A stretch of DNA of 64,000 nucleotides from a virus. The stretch is from positions 2,255 to 66,254 of the IMG/VR virus record IMGVR_UViG_3300042691_052885. One strand, 5' to 3'. Below, piece by piece: positions 10,037-21,300 of this stretch. The notes below the pieces were generated by a model. It was not told the origin of the DNA and made no database searches. It saw only the letters and a list, made by a program, of their open reading frames with translations. Made by a program: the position numbers and the translations under genes. The stretch's first letter is position 1. Every line of letters starts with the position of its first letter.

Positions 10037-10987
10037 ATGATTCAAGAGCTCTTTACAGAAAAGTACCGTCCACAAAGTTTGGACCAAACCATTTTACCAA
10101 CTCGCATTCGTAAAGCTATTGGTGATGGTAAATTACATCAAAATTATTTGTTTTACGGGCCTCCCGGTTTAGGTAAAACAACCTTGGCAAAAGTACTTGC
10201 CAAAAACTATCCAACTCTTTACATCAACGTTTCTGATGAAAGTTCAGTGGATGTTATTCGCGAAAAGATTACGAATTGGTGTTCAACCATTAGTCTTCTT
10301 GACGGCGCTGAACAATTTAAGGTAGTGCTTCTCGATGAGATGGATGGTGCATCTGACCAGTTCTATAAAGCACTTCGTGCTACTATCGAAAAATTTGCTG
10401 CTACCGCAAGATTTATCGGTACTTGTAATTACATTAACAAGGTTCCAGATCCGGTTCAATCTCGTTTTACTTGCATCAACTTTGACACAGTTTCTAAAGA
10501 AGAAGAAAAAGAAGTAATGTTGGAATTTGCAAAACGAGCATATGCAATCTTTCAAAAGTCCGGTATTACAATTTCTAAGGAAGCATTGGGCGAATTTGTT
10601 AAACGCAACTTCCCGGATATGCGTTCCATTGTCAACAAAATTCAAACCTTTGTGGTACAAGGTGTAACCAATATTGAAGCCGAGGATGTAAAGAAATTGA
10701 ATTACTCATTCCGTGATTTGTTTGAATTGGTTTCTAAACCTGCGGATGCTTACGAAAACTACAAATTCTTAATGGTAAATTACAGCAGCAAAGTAGATGA
10801 AGTACTTGCCGCGCTGGGTTCTGAATTACCTGAGTTTATTCGCGATAACCATCCCGATAAGGTTGCAAAAATTCCACAAATACTCATAACGGTTGCAAAT
10901 CATCAGGCGCAAAGAGTACACGTAATTGATCCAGCAGTAACTATGTTATCTGCGGTGTTTAATTGTCAAATCATTTTCAACTCATGA
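10037..10987 (+). CDS. Clamp loader large subunit (T4 gp44/RFC-like)
   Basis: EKYRP, GPPGLGKTT, LLDEMD, SRF, PDMR motifs. Confidence 0.93.
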   Translation: MIQELFTEKYRPQSLDQTILPTRIRKAIGDGKLHQNYLFYGPPGLGKTTLAKVLAKNYPTLYINVSDESSVDVIREKITNWCSTISLLDGAEQFKVVLLDEMDGASDQFYKALRATIEKFAATARFIGTCNYINKVPDPVQSRFTCINFDTVSKEEEKEVMLEFAKRAYAIFQKSGITISKEALGEFVKRNFPDMRSIVNKIQTFVVQGVTNIEAEDVKKLNYSFRDLFELVSKPADAYENYKFLMVNYSSKVDEVLAALGSELPEFIRDNHPDKVAKIPQILITVANHQAQRVHVIDPAVTMLSAVFNCQIIFNS

Positions 10988-11364
10988 TAAGCATTGAAGA
11001 TATTTTACTGATGGCGCATAACCGTGGAATAAAAGATGCGGTTATGAAAGCTGTATTGAATTACAATGATCACGAACTTACAAATCGGTATGATAAAGCG
11101 TACCACCAAATACTTAAAGAAAAAATGGAAAACGGAACTATTGAAAAACACGTATTAGAATCTTCTATGTTGGCGTCAGCCACCTACAACTACAATGAAG
11201 AAACTCTTCTTATTGAATTTAATAACGGAGCAGAATACTGCTATACCGGAATCACCTCTGATGAATTTCGTGATTTTTTGAAAGCGGAATCCAAAGGACA
11301 GCACTTTACAAAGAATATCCGAAACAAACCATTCACAAAAGTCAATGCAGATCAACCGAACTAA
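10984..11364 (+). CDS. KTSC domain protein
   Basis: ESSMLASATYN...LLIEFNNG..Y.Y...AESKGQHF..NIR. Confidence 0.85.
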   Translation: MISIEDILLMAHNRGIKDAVMKAVLNYNDHELTNRYDKAYHQILKEKMENGTIEKHVLESSMLASATYNYNEETLLIEFNNGAEYCYTGITSDEFRDFLKAESKGQHFTKNIRNKPFTKVNADQPN

Positions 11365-11599
11365 AGAACTAAAGGCTTATATCCTACAGAAGTATTCTTT
11401 TTTGGATTCCAGAAAATTTGATATTGTAAAGGTAGGAGTACGAATCTATATGTATTATGTAGATCGTGAAGGCAATCTTGCTCGTGAACAGGTATTTCAA
11501 GGTCATCTCCCATCAATCCAGGGGGTGCCAAAATTGCGTGAACGGCTTGATCAATTAATTGAGTATGCCGTTAAAAAATGGCAGGGTGTTAATAACTAA
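11345..11599 (+). CDS. Hypothetical protein
   Basis: 84-aa ORF; its last codons overlap repeat copy 2. Confidence 0.55.
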   Translation: MQINRTKELKAYILQKYSFLDSRKFDIVKVGVRIYMYYVDREGNLAREQVFQGHLPSIQGVPKLRERLDQLIEYAVKKWQGVNN

Positions 11600-11659
11600 T
11601 TGGCCATACATTTTTCTATTTGAAAAACTTTGGTTATATTTGCAATATAAATTAAAACT
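11587..11659 (+). promoter_or_regulatory. Degenerate cassette element copy 2 with canonical Bacteroidota -7 box TATATTTG
   Basis: TGTTAATAACT...CATTTTTCT...TATATTTGCA, ATG 11660. Confidence 0.75.
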
Positions 11660-12775
11660 ATGGTACTAATATTTGACGGAAACTACTTATTCTACAAATC
11701 GCTCTTCGTATTTTCATCTTACGGATCTAGCGGAAAATTACTTGAAGATGAAAAGGATCAGGCAATGTTTATGCGTAAAATTGCAACGGACATGTCTTAT
11801 GCCATCCGTCAATTTGGAAACCCTGATCATGTAATCTTTACAATTGATTCCCGTTCTTGGAGAAAAGACATTGAGATCCAGGACGGTTCCTACAAAGGTC
11901 ACCGTGAAAAAGACGAAAGCAAAGTTAACTGGGACAATTTTTACCAGTGTATGAATGACTTTGCCAAGGTGCTTATGACTCGTGGATTTATTGTATCGCG
12001 TCAGGAAAAAGCGGAAGGCGATGATTTAATGGCTCTCTGGTCCAAGGCCTTAATGGATAATGGAATGGACTCAGTTATCATTACTGGTGACAAGGACTTA
12101 ACGCAATGCGTGGATTCCAATAATTCCAATTATGTGCTCGTCTACAATCCAAATTCCAAAACTCGTAAAGTTTATGCTCCACAAAATTTCAGTAAGTGGA
12201 TGTCTAAAGGATCTGACGAAATTGATATTTTCAACGCAGGTTCCTACATGAATAATGGCCGTGATTTGATTAATGATGCCTTAAATAATGTGGAGGTAAG
12301 CGAAATTGATCCGTTTTACATTGTATTTGAAAAGGTAATCATGGGAGATGCAGGCGACGCGGTTCCACCTATTTTTACTTGGCAAAAGGACAGCAAAACT
12401 TTCCGTATTACTGCTGCTAAATGTTTGCGTATCTGGGAAATTCTAAACCTGGTCAAACCAGTAGAAGATATCATGGATTTGCCTAACCGTGCTGCTGAAA
12501 TTGCAAACGCTATATCTGCTACGGTAAAGCAAAATCCGCCGGTCGATCTTATTCGTCACAACTTACAAAGAAACATACAGTTGGTCTATTTGGATGAACG
12601 CGTAATTCCTACTCAAATAATTGAAGAATTCCGTCCACACTTTGAGGCACTATGTAAACGTAAAAAACTTTCTGCTCGTACCTACGATATGCATACTCTA
12701 TTGGAAGGCACTCGGTATATCAGTGAAGGGAAAACTTTTGAGGCGGATATATTCAAAGCATTAGGAGGACGTTAA
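11660..12775 (+). CDS. RNase H / 5'-3' flap exonuclease (T4 rnh-like)
   Basis: IFDGN, DSRSWRK, YKGHR, EGDD, ITGDKDLTQ, GDAGD motifs. Confidence 0.9.
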   Translation: MVLIFDGNYLFYKSLFVFSSYGSSGKLLEDEKDQAMFMRKIATDMSYAIRQFGNPDHVIFTIDSRSWRKDIEIQDGSYKGHREKDESKVNWDNFYQCMNDFAKVLMTRGFIVSRQEKAEGDDLMALWSKALMDNGMDSVIITGDKDLTQCVDSNNSNYVLVYNPNSKTRKVYAPQNFSKWMSKGSDEIDIFNAGSYMNNGRDLINDALNNVEVSEIDPFYIVFEKVIMGDAGDAVPPIFTWQKDSKTFRITAAKCLRIWEILNLVKPVEDIMDLPNRAAEIANAISATVKQNPPVDLIRHNLQRNIQLVYLDERVIPTQIIEEFRPHFEALCKRKKLSARTYDMHTLLEGTRYISEGKTFEADIFKALGGR

Positions 12776-12776
12776 T

Positions 12777-13145
12777 ATGAAATTACCTAAAAGAGTATTC
12801 ATTGAAATTCCATCAGCTGACGATTTTGAAAGCATGGAGTATCTTAATGCATGGTTTGAAAACAATCGTGAAATGATACACATAACTTCGTTGGATGCAT
12901 GCTGGCAGTTTGTAAAGAATCCTGGATTGGCCTTAATTACTATATTTGAAATTTTTGAAAAACCCGAAGACCCAGATATGCAGGCAGATTTACTGGCCTT
13001 TATTGATATAGGTATTGATGATGCTATCAAAAATTTAGAGGAAACCGAAAGTTATTTTGTTTCCATTGAAAATTACGAAAGTGCGGCAAGCGCTGTTGAA
13101 TGCCGCAAACAAATTGAACTCTTAAATAAAAATGACTATGAATAA
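12777..13145 (+). CDS. Hypothetical protein with C-terminal UVR-like helix pair
   Basis: ENYESAA motif. Confidence 0.55.
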   Translation: MKLPKRVFIEIPSADDFESMEYLNAWFENNREMIHITSLDACWQFVKNPGLALITIFEIFEKPEDPDMQADLLAFIDIGIDDAIKNLEETESYFVSIENYESAASAVECRKQIELLNKNDYE

Positions 13146-13344
13146 ATTCAAAAAAATCGCAATCTATACATGGATTGCTGTCCAAGTTGTTATTATGATT
13201 TGGCTATGGGGTATTTTGTTATACACCGCATTTACTAATCAAAATTTGCCTGGTTTCATTCACTGGGAATGGTGGGTATTCTTTTTTACTCTAGACTTAT
13301 GGTCTGCGAAATTCTATAAAGAACTAAATAAAGCTACTGAATAA
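13132..13344 (+). CDS. Small membrane protein
   Basis: Two hydrophobic segments. Confidence 0.55.
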   Translation: MTMNKFKKIAIYTWIAVQVVIMIWLWGILLYTAFTNQNLPGFIHWEWWVFFFTLDLWSAKFYKELNKATE

Positions 13345-13351
13345 AAGAATT

Positions 13352-13765
13352 ATGGAACTATTTGAAATGATAAACTCAATGTTCTCCAAGCGAGACGAGT
13401 TTGCTAAAACTACTCTGCATGAAAGAGGACGACACATGTTTATGGTAAACCGATTGATGGCAATTCAATATCCAGTTCCAGCGCAGTTTCTTAACCATAC
13501 AAAAATTCATCCTGGAAACGTGGTTACCTACTGGGCAGAAACCGTAGGTACACGTTTCAGTAGGACTCCTAATTGGATGTGGGTAAAAACTAAGAAGGAA
13601 AAGGAGAAGAAAGCCGCTGCCAATCCAATTAATGAATCTACCATAAAGTACTACTGTCAAAAGAATATGTGCTCACGTCGAGACGTGGATGAAGCCATCA
13701 AATTATTAGGAGATCCTTTTATTGAGGAGCTCAGAAGTCTTCAAACGCTTATAGAGAAAAACTGA
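13352..13765 (+). CDS. Clamp loader small subunit (T4 gp62-like)
   Basis: FMVNRLM, aromatic+K-rich WMWVKTKK, IKYY...S.R....AIKLL pattern. Confidence 0.65.
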   Translation: MELFEMINSMFSKRDEFAKTTLHERGRHMFMVNRLMAIQYPVPAQFLNHTKIHPGNVVTYWAETVGTRFSRTPNWMWVKTKKEKEKKAAANPINESTIKYYCQKNMCSRRDVDEAIKLLGDPFIEELRSLQTLIEKN

Positions 13766-13805
13766 TATATAGTCAAAGGCGTTACGCCAAAAAAGACTAT
13801 ATTTG

Positions 13806-15797
13806 ATGGTACTTGCAACTCTTAGCCAGATTGGAGACTTTGCTAAAATTTCTTACAATCATTCTATAAATTACGTCACCAAGTTGACCGGATACGATTA
13901 TGAGTATTCCGGTGCTGGTGATGTGAAGCTTGAATTTAGGTGGTCAACCACTAATCAGATTAAAACTGCTTGGATTGATTTAACCAATGAAAATTTGGTG
14001 GATGTTAAACTTGACCCTAACAATGATTTGTGGATTGATTTTCGTGTTACACTAGTTAGCGGCGGGCCAGTAATGGTTAATGCTATAGGAGTTAAGTACG
14101 AGCAGGATCCTATTGCTAAAGACAAATTTCTTGGCTTTAAGCCAATTGCAACAGCTTGCCAATGTGGCAATATTACTTCTCTTACAAAAATTGAAAATTT
14201 TACATTTAGGCCGTACCAGGTAAACCCGGCAGTTTCTCTTTTTAGAGATCTCAGCTACACAGTCAATCAATTATTTGGACACAGCGTAGAATACGCAAGA
14301 GCGATTCCATTAATGAACGGCCGTGATGTTACTCTAAAGGAATGGACTTTATACGATGTAGATGATCCGTGCTGTATTAAGGTATTGGTTCCAAATAATG
14401 AATTCCCAGATAACAAAATTAATTTTGGAGCAATGGGATTGGATTTTGAAATGCCTTTTGAGGTCCACATTCCAAAAGACTATTTTGAAGATATTTTTGG
14501 TGTAGGCTCAGGACCTCAGAAAAGAGACATCGTATATTTTCCAATTACCAATAGGATCTATGAAGTACAGAGTTCTTATCTTTTCCGTGACTTTATGCAA
14601 AAACCGGTATACTGGAAAGTTGCACTAATGAAATACGCGCCAAAATCAAATCGTACCGAAACACAAGATCATCGATACTTTTTGGATTCAATATCAGTAG
14701 ATACCGAAGAGGTATTCGGTCAACAAATAGAGGACGAGGCTTTGGAAACTACCAAGCCGCAACAGTATGATCCAAAGATAGGATCAAGAGCCTATGATCC
14801 TATTCGAGATTCTATAGATGACGCGTTAACTATTACCAGCGCTGATGTTAAAAATTACTACACCGTAGTTTCTAATTCGCAATACAATCTAAACAGCATT
14901 TACGATGTAACCGAACAAAAAAATGCGGTTGTATACAAATCAGATGTAGATTTTGGAATAACCGATAACCGCGCATTTCTTGCCTGGTTTAAGGATGAAA
15001 CTCCAAAATATACAGTGTACCGCGATTTAGTCCAGAGTAATTTTACAGTGGTTACAGCAAATGCAGAATACGCTTTAGTTCAATTTAACATAGCGGCTTC
15101 CCGTAACTACAAACCCGGAGATTACATCAAGTTTAGTAGGCCTAATGGAATCCTTTTTTATGGAGAATGGGTGTCATCTCCAGCCTCCGGGGTACACCGA
15201 GTAAACCTTCCTATTGCCGTGTATAACTTTTTACAAGCACAGCACTCTGGATGGCAGTCGGCTGGATCTTTTTACGCAGAACAAACATTTGAGAAAAACA
15301 TATTCTGGGGGTACGATCCAATTAATTCAAAAGGTTGGAAATTAGATTTAGTAGTTGGAAAATACATTAAGCTCTTTTTGAATAACACAGTTCATTATTT
15401 TGTAATGCCAACAACTCTTGCTCCAAATGAATGGTACGCAATATTTGTTAACCTTTCAAATGAGTATTCACAGGTGTCCATCAATATATGGAAACGCAAA
15501 TGGATTGAAAACGATCCTACACCGCAGAACACAACTGATTTAGAGAATATATATGCTATAGCAAAACAAGTGACAGCAGCAGATTACTCAACAATAAGTG
15601 CAGACTGGAGAAAGTATCGATTAATAGGTACTCCGCTTTCAATTACCAACATTAGGTTATTTGATTCTCTAGAAAATGACACTGAAAAACAAATGACTCT
15701 ACTTAACGAAGCAATTGTAGAAGATGCTCAACTCGCAATCATAATTGATAACGCGTTACCAAGACTTCGTTTACCGTGGATTGCCAAAACCAAATAA
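13806..15797 (+). CDS. Neck protein (T4 gp14-like) with extra domains
   Basis: FGHSVEY, FEVHIPKDYFE...GPQKRDIVYFPITNRIYEV; late motif at 13764. Confidence 0.65.
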   Translation: MVLATLSQIGDFAKISYNHSINYVTKLTGYDYEYSGAGDVKLEFRWSTTNQIKTAWIDLTNENLVDVKLDPNNDLWIDFRVTLVSGGPVMVNAIGVKYEQDPIAKDKFLGFKPIATACQCGNITSLTKIENFTFRPYQVNPAVSLFRDLSYTVNQLFGHSVEYARAIPLMNGRDVTLKEWTLYDVDDPCCIKVLVPNNEFPDNKINFGAMGLDFEMPFEVHIPKDYFEDIFGVGSGPQKRDIVYFPITNRIYEVQSSYLFRDFMQKPVYWKVALMKYAPKSNRTETQDHRYFLDSISVDTEEVFGQQIEDEALETTKPQQYDPKIGSRAYDPIRDSIDDALTITSADVKNYYTVVSNSQYNLNSIYDVTEQKNAVVYKSDVDFGITDNRAFLAWFKDETPKYTVYRDLVQSNFTVVTANAEYALVQFNIAASRNYKPGDYIKFSRPNGILFYGEWVSSPASGVHRVNLPIAVYNFLQAQHSGWQSAGSFYAEQTFEKNIFWGYDPINSKGWKLDLVVGKYIKLFLNNTVHYFVMPTTLAPNEWYAIFVNLSNEYSQVSINIWKRKWIENDPTPQNTTDLENIYAIAKQVTAADYSTISADWRKYRLIGTPLSITNIRLFDSLENDTEKQMTLLNEAIVEDAQLAIIIDNALPRLRLPWIAKTK

Positions 15798-15798
15798 T

Positions 15799-16482
15799 AT
15801 GCCAAGAAAAGTTGATCCTGAGAAGAAAGAGCAAATGATGCTCCGAGATGAATTAGAAAAATTAATTTCCGAAGATACCGAGGTAATAAGATCTCTTACC
15901 GCGCAAGCAACGGATATTCTCCCGAGCCGCGCAATTCGTCCATTAGATTATCAAAATGTAAAAGTTGAATGCGAAGACTCTGCTGACGATATTGTTAATG
16001 CAGTGGCTAACTTTTATTTAGATGAAAAAATTATTGAAAGAACTCCGTATGTTAAACAAAAAACTGCGGTAGATCACATTACAGTTTCAAATTTGCTTTT
16101 CCAAATGAAAACTGCAGAACATGCAATTATCAAATTGTTGGAGCAAATTGACGAAGGTAATATGCATCCGCGAACCTTTGAGGTGCTCTCATCATTACAG
16201 CGTTCAAAGATGGAAATTGTTAAACACCTTGCCCAGTTTATGATCATTATGGAAAACAATTACAAAAACCTTAAGAATGATTATCAAATTAAGGCAGCAG
16301 AAACCAGTGATACTGATCATGAAGAGATAGACAGTAACCCTATGCAGACTCGTGGAACTCGTGGTATGCTAGAGGCTTTGCGTCAAGCGGTTCCCGAGAA
16401 AAGAGCGCAAGGACGGATGGACCAAATGGAAGACATAAATTTAGACGAAGCATATGGCGAAGGGGAAGGTTTGGACGACTAA
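15799..16482 (+). CDS. Terminase small subunit (T4 gp16-like)
   Basis: HPRTFEVL motif; directly upstream of the large subunit. Confidence 0.7.
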   Translation: MPRKVDPEKKEQMMLRDELEKLISEDTEVIRSLTAQATDILPSRAIRPLDYQNVKVECEDSADDIVNAVANFYLDEKIIERTPYVKQKTAVDHITVSNLLFQMKTAEHAIIKLLEQIDEGNMHPRTFEVLSSLQRSKMEIVKHLAQFMIIMENNYKNLKNDYQIKAAETSDTDHEEIDSNPMQTRGTRGMLEALRQAVPEKRAQGRMDQMEDINLDEAYGEGEGLDD

Positions 16483-18313
16483 AAGAATTAATGAGGAATT
16501 CAAAAAGATGGAACAGGGGTTGCCCTCTGATACATCCGGCTTTTTTGAAGGTAACCCTCAATATAAAGGTCCTAATATTGTATTTGAATATACAAAAGAA
16601 GAGCTTGCTGATTTAGCACGCTGTGCTGATGATGTAGTTTATTTTGCAAATAAATTCTGTTATTCTATGACGGATGAAGGGGTACAGCAAATTACTCTTC
16701 GTCCGTACCAGGAAAATATGTTAGAGGATTTTCAGGATAACCGATTTGTGGTAATGCTTGCATCCCGTCAGATTGGTAAAACTGTAACATCATCTATCTT
16801 TATTGCCTGGTATTTATGTTTTCACTTTGACCGTAACGTAATGATTGTAGCTAACAAAATGGCTACAACCACAGAAATTGTGGATAAGGTAAAAACAATC
16901 ATTAAGAATCTTCCGTTTTTCATTAAACCCGGAGTATCTTCAGCAGGGGCTACAGGTATGAGATTTGATAACGGTTGCCGTTTATATTCTCAAGCAACTA
17001 CTAAAACCGCGGCAATCGGATTTACTATTCACTTATTATATGCGGATGAGTTTGCACATATCCATCCAAACTTCTTAACACAGTTCTATCGATCCATATA
17101 TCCTACGCTGTCGTCTTCCAAAATATCGCGGATTATCATATCGTCAACACCGAATGGTATGAACCTATTTTACGAATTGTATACCGGAGCGCTGGAAGGC
17201 AAAAACAGCTATAAGGCGATACGGGTTGACTGGTGGCAGGTTCCTGGACGTGATGACAGATGGAAAAAACAAGAGATTGCAAACCTTGGTAGCGAAGAAC
17301 TCTTTAACCAGGAATACGGAAATCAATTCTTGGCGTCATCGCGATTGTTGCTCCCAGGTAGAGTATTAGAACTACTTAACCGTGTTTCCAAGAAGTATGT
17401 TTACAAGGATCACGAAGCCTTTTACAATAATCCCGAGCTGTTTAAGGATATGACATGGCATCCAGATTTTGAGCCGGACCGAATTCAAAAAGGAGAAAAA
17501 TTTGCGGTTGCTATTGATATTGGAGACGGTGTAGGCCGGGATTTTAGCGTAATCAATGTATTTAAGCTGGAACCTCAATCAATATCCATGATTCGTAAAC
17601 TAAAAGATTGGCGGGATGAAACCGGGTTTTTTAGGCTTAAACAGGTTGGTTTATACCGCTCAAATGTGGTATCCGTAGAAGACCTTGCTAATGTGTTGGA
17701 AACTCTTATGTTTTCCGTATTTGATGCAGAGGACGTTAAGGCTATAATGGAAATTAATTTCAAAGGAAATCTTGTTTACGAAAGAGTAGGTAGAAATCGC
17801 GAATTCTTTCCTGAAACTTTTTTGCATACAAAACACAGTATGAGTGCTCCAATTCTTAAGCCTGGAGTTAAAATGCAAAAAGACAATAAAGAAATCTTTT
17901 GCCGAGAGTTGCGTAATCTGGTAATAAACAAAAAGGTTATTATCAATGAAGAGCGTACGGTAGTGGAGCTGGCCTCTTTTGGCATTAATTCCGCTGGAAG
18001 CTATTCTTCCCAGATTGGAAATGATGATGTTGCAATGTCATGCGTAAATATGGTAAGTTTCTTTGACTCTACAGATTTTTATGATATGGTTGAAGACATT
18101 TATGATGAAACTGCTGACAGCGTTAAACGTGCAATTGAAAAATCCATAGAACTTGGCGGCGGCGCGGATGAAATGCCAGAAGGGTTTCAGCTACTTAAAG
18201 GGCTGGATGAAAGTTTAGGGTACGCGGTTAGGGACATGGCAGAGCAAATTAGAGCTCAACAAAAAATCCATCTTAGCAAATCAGGTAACGGCCGAGGCAT
18301 TGGTAAAATCTGA
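16454..18313 (+). CDS. Terminase large subunit (T4 gp17-like)
   Basis: LRPYQ, SRQIGKT, DEFAH, SSTPNG, FNQEY, DIGDGVGRDFS, NDDVAM. Confidence 0.95.
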   Translation: MAKGKVWTTKRINEEFKKMEQGLPSDTSGFFEGNPQYKGPNIVFEYTKEELADLARCADDVVYFANKFCYSMTDEGVQQITLRPYQENMLEDFQDNRFVVMLASRQIGKTVTSSIFIAWYLCFHFDRNVMIVANKMATTTEIVDKVKTIIKNLPFFIKPGVSSAGATGMRFDNGCRLYSQATTKTAAIGFTIHLLYADEFAHIHPNFLTQFYRSIYPTLSSSKISRIIISSTPNGMNLFYELYTGALEGKNSYKAIRVDWWQVPGRDDRWKKQEIANLGSEELFNQEYGNQFLASSRLLLPGRVLELLNRVSKKYVYKDHEAFYNNPELFKDMTWHPDFEPDRIQKGEKFAVAIDIGDGVGRDFSVINVFKLEPQSISMIRKLKDWRDETGFFRLKQVGLYRSNVVSVEDLANVLETLMFSVFDAEDVKAIMEINFKGNLVYERVGRNREFFPETFLHTKHSMSAPILKPGVKMQKDNKEIFCRELRNLVINKKVIINEERTVVELASFGINSAGSYSSQIGNDDVAMSCVNMVSFFDSTDFYDMVEDIYDETADSVKRAIEKSIELGGGADEMPEGFQLLKGLDESLGYAVRDMAEQIRAQQKIHLSKSGNGRGIGKI

Positions 18314-18367
18314 TAGGAAAGGTGAGATATATAGTTCAGAATATCCATAAAATAAAGAGAAGAAAGA

Positions 18368-21300
18368 ATGGCTAAAATCACTCTCGACCTGAATAAATTT
18401 AAGGCATCTGGTGTATACACCATCGAATTTGATGCCTCCGAGAGAATCGTTGTAACTACCCAAACTATTCGTTTGGTGGTTGGTTTCTCACGCATAGGTC
18501 CTATTAACGCACCGGTATTTTTAAGAGACATAAATACCAGTCGCAGAATTTTTGGAGAAATTGACACCTTCCTTGAGAAGCGTGGATCTTTCTTCCATCG
18601 TGCACTTGAGACATGTTTGTCTGTTGGGCCGGTATTTGCACTGAACCTAATGCCTCTTAAGAGTAAACCAATTAATGAAGGCGGCGATGCAACAAACTAT
18701 CGTAGTTTTGCATTGGCGGCTGATGAGGAAAACGGTCCTGTAACCCGCGCATTAGTAACATCATTCTATAACCAAGAGCGTTTTTGGTTTCCAGATGCTG
18801 AGTATGTAATTGCAACACAGGATGCAAAGCCTGTTAACCGTGATTATCTAATGACAGTGGTAAACCTTTCACAAGCTCCGTTGTCCGTACTTGTTAGAAA
18901 ATCTACAAATGCACGTCAATATGAAATTGCTGCAAAGGATTATTATGGTTTAGGTAATGTTCCTGACTTTATGAATGACAACGACTTTTTGTCTGACTTC
19001 TTCTTGGATCTTATCATTGTAGAAGGCGATTGGACAAATCTTGCCGTTCTTTCACAAGATCCTAATTATTCAAAGTATTTTGATACTCGCGGAATTAAGG
19101 CTGATCAATTAGATGCTTTCCTTTCTTTGGATAACATTACACTAGTAGGTGCATTTACTGGAACAATCATTCCTGATTTTGTAGATAACAATGGTTCAAA
19201 CCAAAACCTTGAAACTATTGTTAATGCTGCTGTTGGATTGACTGGAACTTTTATTGCAATCAACAATGCAAAGATTGAAGATTACGCAAATAGCTTACAT
19301 AAAATTGATACCATTGGTAATACCTTAATCAGTACTACTGATGATACAATTGACTTCTTATCTTACAACACCCCAATTAAGAGTATTGTTGAATTTACTG
19401 GAGCTGAGGATTTGAATCCTGCTGGTTCTATTGATGTAACAACTTATCAAAATCTTGATAATTCTACTTCAAACGCGTTTATTAAGTCATATCCTTTTGG
19501 CGGAGCTAGCGGTAAATTTAATAACGTATTGGTGTTGCCAAAGCCTGAGCCTGGTGATACTACGTTTTTACCAAGCCAGTATCAATATATCTTGGATAAT
19601 TTAAGTTCAAATTCTTTGATTCTTACTTATGGTGTAGATACATTGCAAACTGAAAAACCAAGTGACTATGTAAAGGTTGAAAACGTAATTGATACTGGTA
19701 CCTCTATTGAAATACAGTTAAGTACGCCTCTTCATACCACAACAAACTATGAGGACAGCTTTATTTTTACAGGTTCCGCTACCGCGGTTCCTTCTGCTGC
19801 TAATCAAATTGCAGTAACTGACTTAACACCAAAAGACGATTCCAACGGTGCACCTCACGTTCCGCAACAATACGATATTCTTTTGGTAGAAGCACCGGGT
19901 TTCTATAAATACTACGAGGTTCAATCTTATGTTGCAGGATCTAATGGTGGAACCGTTACTGTTAAGGACGACGTTGCTAATACATTATCTCCACAAGCTC
20001 CTTATTATCTTTCAAGGTATGCTGGAAAAGGCTTGAGCATTGATGATTACTCATCTTATGTTCAGCCCGCGGACATTAAAGTTACATTGTTTGCTGTTGA
20101 CTATACAGCTACTGCTGATAATTATGCCGTAACTGGCAATGCAACAAATATCAATGCAAATAACTCGGTTCCTTCACAGGGATACAACGCGCCTTTTCAA
20201 TTATCTGACACAAGAATATCTGAAATCTCAATTGCATTTACACCTACCGTAACTGTAAACAGTTTTGAAGGTATTGGAAGTCTTCTAAATCCAGGCAGCG
20301 TGCCTATTAACCCTGGTACCGGTTGGGACAGTATTGCTGCCACTGCATATAACGTTACGCAAGATCTTACTGAATCTGGTCCGTTTTATCTAAAAGAAAT
20401 TAATACTGCAGCGTTTCCTTCTGCTGGAACAAATTATGTAGTTCTTGTAGATGCTACAGGTGCTGATGTTGATTGGGGCGCAGCATCTTGGGCTTCTGGA
20501 GATACTATTAAGATTACAATGACTCAGTCCGGTGTTTCATTTACTGGAATACTTGACGTTGGATTAATTAGCATTGAAGGCGTTGACATCAATAAGCTTC
20601 AATATATTGAGTCTTATTCCAATTCAAAAATCACAAAGTCTGCAAATACAGGTTTGCTTGTTAATGAGGATAGCGTTAAATACTACTCTGGAAATTCTAC
20701 TTACAATTACTTGGGTATTATTAAGAACTGGAGTAAGTCTGCAACAACTGGAGAAAAATACATTTATTCTCAAGTTGCTTATGGTATAAAAGGTACAAAG
20801 GTTGTTCAGTACACTGATACTACTTTGTCAACCCGTGCTAACTTAACCTATGCAGAATTGAATAATACTTATGAAGATTCAATTGTATACGCCGATGGAT
20901 CTGGAACAACAAATGACTTGGCAGTTTATTCTTCTGTTGCAAAAAATATCAGTTCTAATGTAGAAATAATTGGAACTCTTTATGGCGGCGGAAAGAAATT
21001 CCAAGTAAGCAATGCAAATTCTTTGAATTTGAATGTAGGTGATTTGATTGTGGATAGCAGCGTAACTCCTAAACTTACCCGTGTAACTCAAAAGGTAAAG
21101 AAAGTGAATCCAGCTACTGGCGCTGTTACATATGAATACACTGTATTGGATGTTCCCGCAGTTGATACTGTAACAAACACCATTACTAAGTTTACTCCTA
21201 TTCAACAATTCTGTGATCGTTTACAATTTAGTTTGTTAAACGGATATGTATTGACTGATTATCATTTACCAAACAATACCGATACACAAATTGACAAAAT

